Assembly: GCA_031082155.1 (NCBI GenBank)
Contig: JAVHLL010000006.1
Location: forward strand, 952 to 64,951
Direction: 5' to 3'
DNA: 64,000 nucleotides
Source of the DNA: Thermodesulfovibrionales bacterium
GTDB lineage: Bacteria; Nitrospirota; Thermodesulfovibrionia; Thermodesulfovibrionales; SM23-35
The stretch's first letter is position 1, and each line of letters starts with the position of its first letter. The position numbers and the translations under genes are program-made. The notes beneath the pieces are model-generated. The model saw only the letters and a list, made by a program, of their open reading frames with translations. It was not told the origin of the DNA and did no database searches. Positions 10,399-19,239 of the stretch are shown here, piece after piece.

Positions 10399-10815
10399 AT
10401 GAAAAAGATACTCTCACTTATCGTGATTGTTTTACTGCTCTCATTGATTTTCGGTTGCACACAATATCATGCACAGGGAGCAGGAGCGGGAGCATTACTC
10501 GGCGGCGTAGCCGGAGCACTCCTCGACCATAAGAACCCGTGGAGAGGCGGAGTAATCGGGGCAGCTATCGGCGGAGTCGGCGGCGCGACATTGACAGACA
10601 TTTCGATGAGGGCATCGAAAGAGGCTGCTGCCTCAAACCAACCGGTGGAATACAGAACTAATGACGGCGCCGGTGTCTATCGTGCTGATCCTGTAAGTTA
10701 TAACGCTCAGACAAAATGCCATAAGGTCCGTGAGAGAGTATGGGAAAAAGATCAGCTTGTAAAAGACCAGGTGCGGGAAGTATGCGAAGGCGATAAAACA
10801 GAACCGACTTATTAA
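10399..10815 (+). CDS. glycine-zipper lipoprotein
   Basis: Signal peptide with lipobox LIFGC. The Gly-rich zipper is GAGAGALLGGVAGALLD...GGVIGAAIGGVGGA. An AGGAGG RBS is present. Confidence 0.6.
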   Translation: MKKILSLIVIVLLLSLIFGCTQYHAQGAGAGALLGGVAGALLDHKNPWRGGVIGAAIGGVGGATLTDISMRASKEAAASNQPVEYRTNDGAGVYRADPVSYNAQTKCHKVRERVWEKDQLVKDQVREVCEGDKTEPTY

Positions 10816-10845
10816 TCCGGAACATTCATTTTATTGCTGTATTGG

Positions 10846-10895
10846 AAAAATGCAGATGGTGCGAAAATTATTTTTTCAGCACTATCTGCATTTTT
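10846..10895. terminator. bidirectional intrinsic terminator between convergent genes
   Basis: aaaaatgcagatggtgc (10846-10862) pairs with gcactatctgcattttt (10879-10895). The stem is 17 bp with one mismatch, and is flanked by an A-run and a T-run. Confidence 0.75.
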
Positions 10896-10974
10896 AGTTC
10901 TTTTGATTCATCAATTCACCACAAAACACGTCAGATGCAGTATTCCTCCGGGAATTTATCAGGGATAGTCAGGC

Positions 10975-12945
10975 TTAAGATTCTTTCAGGGGATAGGCTT
11001 CCCGCAAGAACTTTTTCAGCTCCTCCGGGTCTGCAATCGGCGCGTAACAGATTGTATCGATACAGGGAACAACAAAACCCCTGTCGTCTTCATACACAAC
11101 ACTCAGGTAGGGCATGTATAATGCAAGGGCTGTTCTCGTTAGTGGACTGTCCGGCTTTGCCTGTATTGTTAATTTCATCATCATAAAGAATGCATCGAGG
11201 GCACAGAAGTAATATGCGGCATGAAGAGGAGAATTTTTTGCTGTCGATGAAAAAACCTTGAACGCAGTTTCTGCATGCACACGATACTGCATTTTTCCGG
11301 TCATGGAATAGAGTTGCAGGAGAAGCAGAATACCCACTGCGTTCGCCGACGGATGGGGGATGTCTTCTATGCTTTTCAAACGCAACCCGACAACCTCTGT
11401 CTCTGTGTCAAAGAATCCTCCCTCTTCCTCATCCCAGAACTTTCCGATGCATGCATCCATGCATTCATCTGCCCGATGGAGATAAGAGGAATCACCTGAC
11501 ACTTCATACGCAGCGATCAGCGCCTCTGTAAGATAGATATAATCATCGAGCACAGCCTTGACTCCTTCTGTATGAAACAGTTCCCCTCCGGCCAAATGCA
11601 TCTGTAAAATCCTCTTCAGGCTTGTAAGCGCAAATTCCCGGATATCCGCATCACCAAGAATTCTTGAGGCCTTGAGACATGAGGTGACAAGCATGCCATT
11701 GAGAGAGGTATAGAATGTCCTGTCCACAAAAGGTGTTCTTCTTTTCTTCCGTGCAGCGAGCAGCTTCTCTTTCCCGGAGCGGATTGCCGACTGTATTGTC
11801 TGCGCGTCCTTTCCCGTGCTCCGGATAATTTCCTGCAGAGCCGTCGAGACAAACAAGACTTTCCTGGACTGGTTCTGGTGCATGGCTCCCCGCTCATCAA
11901 GCAGGTGGAGGGACAGGATCTCATATTCGTCATCACTGAACGTCCGTCTGAAATCTTCCTCTGTCCAGGTAAAATATCCTCCTTCATCTCCAGGACCGCT
12001 ATCGGCATCCTGACTTGCGTAGAAGCCGCCCTGCGGGTCGGAGAGCACATCTCTGAGGAATTTGATAATCCCCTCTGCGACATCTCTGAAATATTCATCC
12101 CCGAACACCGCATACGCGTCTGTGTAATTCCTCAGATGCCATGCGTTGTCATCAGCCATCTTCTCGAAGTGGGGTATAATCCATGCCTCGTCAACCGAAT
12201 ACCGGTGGAACCCGCCGCCGATCTGGTCGTGTATGCCGCCATCCGCCATTGCTTCAAGGGTCTTCTTTACGGCATTTCCGTCCGATTCTCTTTTTGCAAG
12301 GAAAAACCTGTTTGTGAGGAGGGTGAGAGCCCCCGGCATCGGGAATTTTGGAGAGAGTCCGAACCCGCCATTCCGGGTATCAAAGGCAGAGAGGACACCT
12401 TTCACAGCCTCGTCTGTCAAAAGCCTGTTTATCTCACCCCCTCCAGGATATTGAGGCTTCAGGAGATCAAGGAGCTTTTGGCTATAGGTTAAGACTTCAG
12501 CGCGGTTTGTAGAATAATATTCAGCTATCTTTTTGAGAACATTCTTGAATCCGGGCCTTCCCTGCATATCCGCAGGAGGAAAATATGTGCCTCCGAAAAA
12601 AGGCATCCTGTCGGGAGACAGAAATACACTGAGTGGCCAGCCTCCTCCATGCCCCATCATAGCCACTGCCTGCTGATATCTTCTGTCTATATCAGGCCGC
12701 TCGTCTCTATCGATCTTGATGCATATATACTGTTTATTGAGCAGCTCTGCAATTTCAGGGTCTTCAAAAGACTCCTGAGCCATGACATGACACCAGTGAC
12801 ACCAGACGGCGCCTGCACTGAGGAAAACCGGTTTGCCTTCCTGCCTCGCCCTGTCAAATGCCTCATCCGACCAGGGATACCAAGCGATCTTCTGCTTTGC
12901 TGCATGCCTGAGATAGGGAGATTTTTCATTTGCTAATTTATTCAT
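10975..12945 (-). CDS. thioredoxin-domain protein, DUF255/YyaL family
   Basis: 656 aa. The N-terminus NKLANEKSPYLRHAAKQKIAWYPWSDEAFDRARQEGKPVFLSAGAVWCHWCHVM is the hallmark of this family. The body is a six-hairpin glycosidase-like domain. Confidence 0.9.
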   Translation of the reverse strand: MNKLANEKSPYLRHAAKQKIAWYPWSDEAFDRARQEGKPVFLSAGAVWCHWCHVMAQESFEDPEIAELLNKQYICIKIDRDERPDIDRRYQQAVAMMGHGGGWPLSVFLSPDRMPFFGGTYFPPADMQGRPGFKNVLKKIAEYYSTNRAEVLTYSQKLLDLLKPQYPGGGEINRLLTDEAVKGVLSAFDTRNGGFGLSPKFPMPGALTLLTNRFFLAKRESDGNAVKKTLEAMADGGIHDQIGGGFHRYSVDEAWIIPHFEKMADDNAWHLRNYTDAYAVFGDEYFRDVAEGIIKFLRDVLSDPQGGFYASQDADSGPGDEGGYFTWTEEDFRRTFSDDEYEILSLHLLDERGAMHQNQSRKVLFVSTALQEIIRSTGKDAQTIQSAIRSGKEKLLAARKKRRTPFVDRTFYTSLNGMLVTSCLKASRILGDADIREFALTSLKRILQMHLAGGELFHTEGVKAVLDDYIYLTEALIAAYEVSGDSSYLHRADECMDACIGKFWDEEEGGFFDTETEVVGLRLKSIEDIPHPSANAVGILLLLQLYSMTGKMQYRVHAETAFKVFSSTAKNSPLHAAYYFCALDAFFMMMKLTIQAKPDSPLTRTALALYMPYLSVVYEDDRGFVVPCIDTICYAPIADPEELKKFLREAYPLKES

Positions 12946-13057
12946 TTTTGCAGCATCTCCATGATCTCCCGCATAAAGGCAGGGATTTCAGAATGCTATC
13001 GTGAGGTGATGAGATTGCTGTCAACTACCACCTCGCTGCCCTTGCACACTACCCCCC

Positions 13058-13636
13058 TTACTTCAACCTCCCTTCGACAGCGTTCCAGTTGATGTTCTTG
13101 AAGAAGGCAGTGATGTAGTCAGCCTTTTTAAGCCCATAATCGAGCATAAACGCATGTTCGAAAACATCCATGATGAGGAGGAGAGTACATCCTGCGGGAT
13201 GGGCGACATCGTGCTCATTGATCCAGAAGTTTATTAACCGTCCGCTTGCAGGATCCTGATAGAGAGCAACCCAACCGATGCCTCTCATCGCCCCGGTAGC
13301 TCTGAAATCCTTTTCCCATACTTCATGGTTTCCGAAATCCTCAACAAGCTTCTTCGAGAGCCGGCTTGCCTTGTCGAGCGGTGTTTTGCCGCCGAGGTTT
13401 TCAAAATAATACTCATGCAGTCTCATGCCATTAAATTCCCATCCGAGTCTTCTCTTCAGTTCCGCAAATTCAGGATTGCCGGCTTTGTCGTCCTTCACCA
13501 TCTGAGCGAGGGAATCAAGCACCTTGTTCGTATTGGTAACATACCCCTGATAGAGGGTAAAATGATTTTTCAGGAGAGTTTCGCTGAATCCCTCTATCCC
13601 CACGATATTCGAATAATCCTTTGCAGTGTACGCCAC
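13058..13636 (-). CDS. Fe/Mn-family superoxide dismutase
   Basis: 192 aa. Family blocks LKNHFTLYQGYV, GWVAL, and DVFEHAFMLDYG (metal-ligand D...H region). Confidence 0.9.
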   Translation of the reverse strand: MAYTAKDYSNIVGIEGFSETLLKNHFTLYQGYVTNTNKVLDSLAQMVKDDKAGNPEFAELKRRLGWEFNGMRLHEYYFENLGGKTPLDKASRLSKKLVEDFGNHEVWEKDFRATGAMRGIGWVALYQDPASGRLINFWINEHDVAHPAGCTLLLIMDVFEHAFMLDYGLKKADYITAFFKNINWNAVEGRLK

Positions 13637-13658
13637 GGTGTTCCTCCTTTTCGGCTAT

Positions 13659-13916
13659 TTATGTATCTTTTGACTGAAAACCCTGCTGCACAAGCCTCAT
13701 ACGTTGTGCCAGCTCCCTCAACGAATCGGCAAGACTCATTCCTTTATCCATGAGTTCTCTCACAACATCAGCCTTTGAAAGCTCATTTACGATTGTTTCG
13801 CTGTTTTTATCGGTCAGACAGATATTCTGCCCTGTATCAATCTGCTGGGTGATACATCCTTCTATCTGTTCTGCGGTATACTTCTTCGCAAGTTCCCTGA
13901 TCTGTTTTACGTCCAT
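13659..13916 (-). CDS. hypothetical small protein
   Basis: 85-aa ORF co-directional with and 22 nt upstream of the SOD gene. No family recognised and only a weak RBS. Confidence 0.4.
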   Translation of the reverse strand: MDVKQIRELAKKYTAEQIEGCITQQIDTGQNICLTDKNSETIVNELSKADVVRELMDKGMSLADSLRELAQRMRLVQQGFQSKDT

Positions 13917-14089
13917 AGGTATATACCAATAAGAGCAAGAGCAATGCCAGATTGCAACTGTTTGATATTATTGATATTTAATACACCTACCCGTCTTTTC
14001 ACAAGTCATTTTGCCGTACCCTGAGGACAAAATTCCCTGAGACTGTTCAACCGAAATTTGTCCAGAACAAATGATTTAGACTGCCGGAA

Positions 14090-14262
14090 AGGAATGGATA
14101 TGGCGAAATTTCTGAAGAGAGATCACGGGTAGTCTCGATGAGGCTGAAGACAAAGCGGAAGCCTCACGTATGAATTGAATAAAAACATTGCAGTCAGATA
14201 AAGGCTGGGATAAAAGCAAAGATAGTTTATCTCTCTTCAGAAATTTCGCCATATCCATTCCT
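14090..14262 (+). repeat. structured intergenic element, copy A (candidate ncRNA or PATE-like MITE)
   Basis: 14090-14123 is the exact reverse complement of 14229-14262 (34 bp). The interior shares ordered conserved blocks with 25342-25506 and 20004-20129. Confidence 0.7.
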
Positions 14263-14351
14263 CAGAATATTTTGGAAAACCATGAATTTGTATATAATGA
14301 TTAAAGCATACAGTATCATACTGCTTACAGCCTTGCAGGCAAGGAGGATAT

Positions 14352-14984
14352 ATGGACGCCAAAGAAAAAGCTCTGGAGATTATCAAACGGTTAAGAAAGG
14401 AGTATCCTGAATTGAAAACAGTCCTTCAGTTCGGCAATCCCTTCGAACTTCTTGTTGCAACAATCCTCTCGGCACAGACCACAGATGTCCTTGTCAATAA
14501 AATTACTGGAAATCTTTTCAGAAAATACCGGACGATAAAGAATTATGCAGACGCACCGCCCGGAACTTTCCAGAAGGAAATCAGTTCTGTGAATTTTTAC
14601 AAAACGAAAGCAAAGAATATACAGAACACTGCAAAAATGCTGATGGAGGAATTTCACGCAACAGTGCCAAAGACCATGGAAGAACTCATACGCCTTCCCG
14701 GTGTTGCGAGGAAGACCGCGAATATCATCCTTTTCAATGCCTACGGCATAAACGAAGGGATCGCAGTGGATACCCACGTGAAGAGGCTTGCAAAAAGGCT
14801 CGGACTTACCCGGAATGAAGACCCGGTAAAAATCGAGCAGGATTTAATGAAAATCATCCCAAAAAACCAATGGGGAAACATTACCCATCTTCTCATATTT
14901 CACGGAAGGGGAATATGCCAGGCAAGAAAAACGAACCACAGCGAATGTGTTCTTTACGAGATCTGTCCTTCGCGAAATATTTGA
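14352..14984 (+). CDS. nth: endonuclease III
   Basis: 210 aa. FELLVATILSAQTTDVLVNK, the HhH-GPD region LPGVARKTANIIL, and a C-terminal 4Fe-4S Cys cluster C-x6-C-x2-C-x5-C. Confidence 0.95.
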   Translation: MDAKEKALEIIKRLRKEYPELKTVLQFGNPFELLVATILSAQTTDVLVNKITGNLFRKYRTIKNYADAPPGTFQKEISSVNFYKTKAKNIQNTAKMLMEEFHATVPKTMEELIRLPGVARKTANIILFNAYGINEGIAVDTHVKRLAKRLGLTRNEDPVKIEQDLMKIIPKNQWGNITHLLIFHGRGICQARKTNHSECVLYEICPSRNI

Positions 14985-15031
14985 CAGATTCCGCAGAGAA
15001 CAGAAATACAGAAAAAAAAGAGGGGAAACCT

Positions 15032-15598
15032 GTGGAAGACTCGGAGCTCAAATTCCTTGAACCGAAAAAAAAGTCCGGACTCATCGTGGTCTTGACCGGT
15101 GACGGGAAGGGAAAAACTACGTCTGCACTCGGAATGGCACTGAGGGCAGCCGGGTATGACATGCGGGTCTGCATCATCCAGTTCATGAAAGGCGATATGC
15201 ACGCGGGGGAAATTGACGGTCTAAAGAAATTATCACCCGCAGTTGAGTTCCATACTACCGGCAAAGGCTTCTGTGGTATACGGGGAGACTCTCATTCACA
15301 CGAAGAGCACCGCAAAAATGCCCAGAAGGCAGCAGAAATGGCGAAGCAAAAAATGCTTTCAGGAAAGTTCGACATGCTGATCCTCGATGAAATCAACAAT
15401 GCGGTCTTGCTGAAACTCGTTGACCTCTCCCAGGTCCTTGATCTAGTCGAAAAGAAACCTCCGCTTCTGCACCTTATTCTCACTGGCAGAGATGCCCATC
15501 CGGAGTTAATCGCAAAAGCACATACGGTAACGGAAATGAAAGAAGTGAAGCATGCCTACAGGCAGGGGATTGAGCCCCAAAAGGGGATTGATTATTGA
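15032..15598 (+). CDS. cobO: cob(I)yrinic acid a,c-diamide adenosyltransferase (CobO/BtuR type)
   Basis: GLIVVLTGDGKGKTTSALGMALRAAGYDMRVCIIQFMKG plus ILDEINNA. I propose the GTG at 15032, preceded by AGAGGGG. The ORF-track ATG at 14870 would overlap nth by 115 nt. Start remains uncertain. Confidence 0.8.
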   Translation: MEDSELKFLEPKKKSGLIVVLTGDGKGKTTSALGMALRAAGYDMRVCIIQFMKGDMHAGEIDGLKKLSPAVEFHTTGKGFCGIRGDSHSHEEHRKNAQKAAEMAKQKMLSGKFDMLILDEINNAVLLKLVDLSQVLDLVEKKPPLLHLILTGRDAHPELIAKAHTVTEMKEVKHAYRQGIEPQKGIDY

Positions 15599-15768
15599 GA
15601 GACTTCCCGAAATCGTGGGGAAAGGTAACACCCCGCTTTTTACAAGGGGAGGAGTAAATAAAAGGATATCGTCCCTTTTAACTATTTGAAGTCAGTTTAT
15701 AACTTCCTGAAGCTTCAAAAACTAACGATGATAAAAAAGATGCATATTCCTTAATGAATAACCCCGCA

Positions 15769-15931
15769 GTCCCGAAAGCTTTCGGGACGAGTATCTAAAG
15801 ATGTCATTCCGGCTTGTCCGGAATCTTTCTTTGCTTTTCAGTATTATTGTGTATACGCATTATCTCAGAAGGATTCCCGACAAGCGGGAATGACAGAATA
15901 AGGGATATAGTTACCCCGAAGCAAAGCTTCG
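15769..15931. repeat. cluster of short REP-like palindromic units
   Basis: Four units. A 20-bp perfect palindrome gtcccgaaagctttcgggac (15769-88). attccggcttgtccggaat (15806-24) and its inverted partner attcccgacaagcgggaat (15873-91), both with TGTCATTCC/GGAATGACA flanks. cgaagc-aaa-gcttcg (15917-31). A degenerate TGTCATTCC unit also occurs at 2902-2923. Confidence 0.6.
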
Positions 15932-16023
15932 AGGAATTCTTTTGATTAAAATAAATGGTCTGACAGATATGCTTGCACTTAATTAGTATCATTATGAATA
16001 ATATTTGCAGGGAATAGAGAAAA

Positions 16024-16770
16024 GTGATGATAATGCATATTAATAAAGGTGGAATCACATTTGACGTGCAGGCAGATCAAGTTTTCGACCTTGTAAGATT
16101 TTGGAGGGATGTTGCGAATGGGCAATGGGAACCCAATACGTTTAAGATTTTTTCTTACTTCCTTAATAAAGATTTTTGTTATGTTGATGTTGGTGCATGG
16201 ATTGGTCCCACAGTTCTTTATGGAAGCCGATTATCAAAACATTGTTATGCGATAGAACCCGACCCGATAGCAACGGAGATCTTAAATGCTAATATTAGTT
16301 TAAATCATTTCGAAAACATTACCATTTTTTTTGGAGCAATAAACAATAGAAATGGGAAGACTCTTATGGGAAATTATCTTGGATTGCCAGGAGACAGCAA
16401 GTCCAGTATATTGTTTGCCAATAGTAATACTGCCTGGGTTACAGATGGGGTAACATTGAGCAAATTTTTTGAAATGAATAAAATTACAAATTGCAACTTT
16501 ATTAAGATGGATGTTGAAGGGAGCGAAATATTAATTTTGCCAGAAGCGCGTGATTTCTTATGTTCCTTTGATCACACTTTATATTTGTCGTTGCATAGTA
16601 CATTTTTTAAAAATAATGAAGTGATGAAGCCAATACTTGATTGCCTGGAGAATGTATACAAAAACTTATACCTAGATGATGGAACAAAAATTAATAGAGA
16701 TTATATAATGCAAAAGAATCATAATCTGGAAATTGTTGCAACAAATAAGCATTTGGAATTTTTATGGTAA
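16024..16770 (+). CDS. FkbM-family SAM-dependent methyltransferase
   Basis: 248 aa in visibly AT-rich sequence. VDVGAWIGPT (SAM-binding loop) and FIKMDVEGSEILIL are typical of FkbM-family proteins. Confidence 0.7.
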   Translation: MMIMHINKGGITFDVQADQVFDLVRFWRDVANGQWEPNTFKIFSYFLNKDFCYVDVGAWIGPTVLYGSRLSKHCYAIEPDPIATEILNANISLNHFENITIFFGAINNRNGKTLMGNYLGLPGDSKSSILFANSNTAWVTDGVTLSKFFEMNKITNCNFIKMDVEGSEILILPEARDFLCSFDHTLYLSLHSTFFKNNEVMKPILDCLENVYKNLYLDDGTKINRDYIMQKNHNLEIVATNKHLEFLW

Positions 16771-16932
16771 TATACTTCCTGCGCCATTCTGCAAACATCC
16801 CTTGTGTCACATTGTCTGATCACTACAAACACTTATTTATCGAAAGACGGAATATTGGGTGATTTTCACAAGAAATATATAGATCTGAACGCAGTTCCAA
16901 AGCTACAGACAAGGAAGAATCTTCTCTTCAGA

Positions 16933-16969
16933 GAAAAAATAAGCGAGGGACCCCTGAGAGTTCCTCGCT
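16933..16969 (-). terminator. intrinsic terminator of the secreted-protein gene
   Basis: agcgagg/cctcgct is a 7-bp stem. On the minus strand it is followed by ttatttttt. Confidence 0.55.
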
Positions 16970-16992
16970 GTATCATTCATTGAAACAACCCT

Positions 16993-18222
16993 TTAAGGCA
17001 CCGTTATGATATCAACGGCGTCGTCATCAAAGTCCTCATTGAGTGACATTATGGCATAGCTATCTTTTACAAGTGGATAGAGGTCTGCAAACGAAGCGGT
17101 CTCGGTAAACGTGAAACCGAAAACAGGAACGCCAATGCCAAACCTTGTTTCTCCTGCCTCAACTCCGTTCAGAAAAGAGATACCTCCTGAACCAAAGGGG
17201 ATGGCGTTTACGGTTCCTACTGCGCCATAGTCCCAGTTGGCAGAATTCCCATTGTCGTCATAGGATGAACCAGAGAGGGTTGTTTTAAAGTGTGCTGAGG
17301 AAGGGTGTGAACTCTGTGGAGCAACCAGGACGAGTATGGTTTCTGACCCTACCGAAGCATTCTCGTTGTAGCGAGCCCAATAATTCCCTAGATAGGAACC
17401 GAGTGCACGGTACAAGATATCTCCAGGATCACATACAATATAAGGTGGAAAAGGGGTGAAGAGATTGTCAGAGAGCAAGAGTTCGACAAAATCAATGTCA
17501 GCACCGCTGGCGTCGTCTACTATGGCGAAAACGTCAACTGTATCCCCATCATTATTCAAGTCACAATTGCGGTCTACATTTGGAGTCGTAGTAGTGTTGA
17601 CAAAATCAGCACCTTCTGCGATTGCTGGTCCTTGATTTCCAAAGCCCTGTAACATTGCTGCATTTAATGCAAAAGCGCTGTTTGGGTTGAGCATAGCATA
17701 TCTCACTATAAGAACATCAGGGGCTATGGCATACTGATTAGCGATAGAACCGGAGGGTGCCCCGCCGGGACCGGAACATCCTGTATTGTTTCTGATTATA
17801 CTGAGATAGCCCCTCTGGATGCCGTCAGAACCCGCCGGTGCAGGAACGGTAACCGCAGGGCCGGTGGATACTTCGTTGAGGTCAGGGGTGCCTCCAAAGG
17901 CAGTATCCCCATAGTCATAGAGCGAGAGATTGACGCCGTCGCCGTTTACCACAATACCGATGTTGTCACGGGGTTTAAGGGACAGGTTAAAATTCATGAT
18001 CTTCGTGCCGGCACTGTCATAGAAACCCGCATGGATAGCTGCGCAGGTTCCGGATATCTCCTGGATGTTTATCAGGGTCTGCCATCCCCCGCCGGCCTGC
18101 CAATATGCGAAGCCCGCACCACCCGGAGCATTATCAAGTGAAGAAGTTGCAGCATTCGAGAGCACAGGCAGTAAACCTAAAAGACATACCACCAGTAATA
18201 CTATCCCCATTTTGCTCTTCAT
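16993..18222 (-). CDS. secreted hypothetical protein (no recognisable family)
   Basis: The start at 18222 has a strong RBS (AAGGAGGAGGAAA-ATG). Signal peptide MKSKMGIVLLVVCLLGLLPVLSNA. Gly/Asn/Asp-rich body with DLNNDGDTVD (Ca-binding-like). The ORF-track start at 18303 is rejected. Confidence 0.6.
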   Translation of the reverse strand: MKSKMGIVLLVVCLLGLLPVLSNAATSSLDNAPGGAGFAYWQAGGGWQTLINIQEISGTCAAIHAGFYDSAGTKIMNFNLSLKPRDNIGIVVNGDGVNLSLYDYGDTAFGGTPDLNEVSTGPAVTVPAPAGSDGIQRGYLSIIRNNTGCSGPGGAPSGSIANQYAIAPDVLIVRYAMLNPNSAFALNAAMLQGFGNQGPAIAEGADFVNTTTTPNVDRNCDLNNDGDTVDVFAIVDDASGADIDFVELLLSDNLFTPFPPYIVCDPGDILYRALGSYLGNYWARYNENASVGSETILVLVAPQSSHPSSAHFKTTLSGSSYDDNGNSANWDYGAVGTVNAIPFGSGGISFLNGVEAGETRFGIGVPVFGFTFTETASFADLYPLVKDSYAIMSLNEDFDDDAVDIITVP

Positions 18223-18637
18223 TTTCCTCCTCCTTGTATTTATTAGGTTATGTATCAAATAGTATCGACAATTAGAAATATTTTCAAGCTGGAAAAAATA
18301 CAAGTCGTAAATTACTCAAAATCTATCTTCCTATGTGAACTGTGGTGTTCCACGGAGAGTCTTTGACGCGTTTACTCCACGAAGGATCCTATATGTGTAG
18401 GATCCTTCGAATATAATTCAAAATTATGTGCTATCAATTCCCCCTCCTGTGCTAATTTTATGAACTAAAAGAACTTCACAATCCAATCTTCTTTTTCTCC
18501 TTGACATGGAAATAGCTCTATAGAGATAATTTGACTACATATATGCCACGTAACGTATTTACTAAGAAAGATTATGTCACAATAATAAGACAAGTTTTCA
18601 GAGTAACCGATGTAAATTATCACAGGAGGTAGTTCGT

Positions 18638-19027
18638 ATGAAATTCTCTATGCAGTTCAACTGTGTGGTACTCATTATTCTTCTGCTTATGCCTGCAACA
18701 TCTTTTGCTGCTTCGAATGATATATTACATTTCGGGTTTTCAACGGTTTTTGGGGCAGCGAGCGAAACTGTATTGCATTATAAAACTGACATCAATGACG
18801 CCGGGAGAATAATGTTAGGTACGGTCCTCGGGAGCTTGCCGGGTCTGGCAAAAGAGATATCTGACAGCACTGAAGAAGACAATCATTTCAGCGGAAGCCA
18901 AATGGCGATAGATGTTGCTGGTGCTTTTGTCGGTGCTGTCATTGCCGATTTGATCAATAATAAAATAAAGATGAGAATTGAAACTAGCAAAAAGAGTACC
19001 GTGGTTTCCTTATTGGTTGAGTTTTAA
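18638..19027 (+). CDS. small secreted/membrane-associated hypothetical protein
   Basis: AGGAGG RBS. Signal peptide ...LLLMPATSFA. Gly-rich hydrophobic stretches and a terminal Phe. Confidence 0.5.
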   Translation: MKFSMQFNCVVLIILLLMPATSFAASNDILHFGFSTVFGAASETVLHYKTDINDAGRIMLGTVLGSLPGLAKEISDSTEEDNHFSGSQMAIDVAGAFVGAVIADLINNKIKMRIETSKKSTVVSLLVEF

Positions 19028-19239
19028 GTAGCATCTTCTCATAATTTTCACAGATATACAGGCATACCGCCTTATTGTTTGATGATTTATAAATAATCAT
19101 TTTTCAGCGCCTTTTGGTTGTGCGTACTTGTATCTTTGGAAAACCACTCCGGACTTCTGATATTGATTTTTCAAAGAAGCCTGAGGGAACAGACGATTCT
19201 CAATTTTTTGCAAACACACTCAGGGAAAAAGCAGGTAAT

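Noticed and set aside
11878-12492. Long + strand ORFs (204 aa, 102 aa, 95 aa) lie antisense to the DUF255 thioredoxin-domain gene. Similar shadow ORFs lie opposite the rSAM genes (23631-24308), the kinase gene (8557-9102) and mnmG (26600-27097).
   Set aside because: All lie entirely within strongly supported genes on the other strand, have no family resemblance and have odd composition. They are typical antisense shadow ORFs.
14134-14156. The conserved core CUCGAUGAG...GAAGAC of the structured element resembles the hammerhead ribozyme core CUGAUGA...GAAA.
   Set aside because: The invariant C3-U4 (CUGA) is replaced by UCGA in all three copies, and there is no GAAA plus cleavage-site helix arrangement. 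The resemblance is superficial.
14092-14180. The element core might encode a small peptide (LDEAEDKA / LDEIGDEA / FDETEDDA), with apparent third-position variation between copies.
   Set aside because: In copy A the frame has a TGA at 14113 and no start codon after it. In copy B the frame stops right after the motif. There is no RBS, so a coding interpretation is not supported.
14076-14258. A 60-aa minus-strand ORF (MDMAKFLKRD...) covers element copy A.
   Set aside because: The ATG lies in the palindromic arm, and the same MDMAKFLKRD is also generated on the + strand. There is no RBS and copy B has no equivalent ORF. It is an artefact of the inverted repeat.
14870-15031. Upstream extension of cobO that overlaps nth by 115 nt.
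   Set aside because: The extension has no CobO-like sequence. The GTG at 15032, with a purine-rich RBS after the nth stop, fits better. Some uncertainty about the start remains.
18380-18409. A perfect 12-bp-stem hairpin cgaaggatccta-tatgtg-taggatccttcg in the divergent region upstream of the secreted-protein gene.
   Set aside because: It is an isolated hairpin with no U-tract, no second copy and no adjacent gene end. I cannot distinguish an operator from chance, so it is not reported as a feature.
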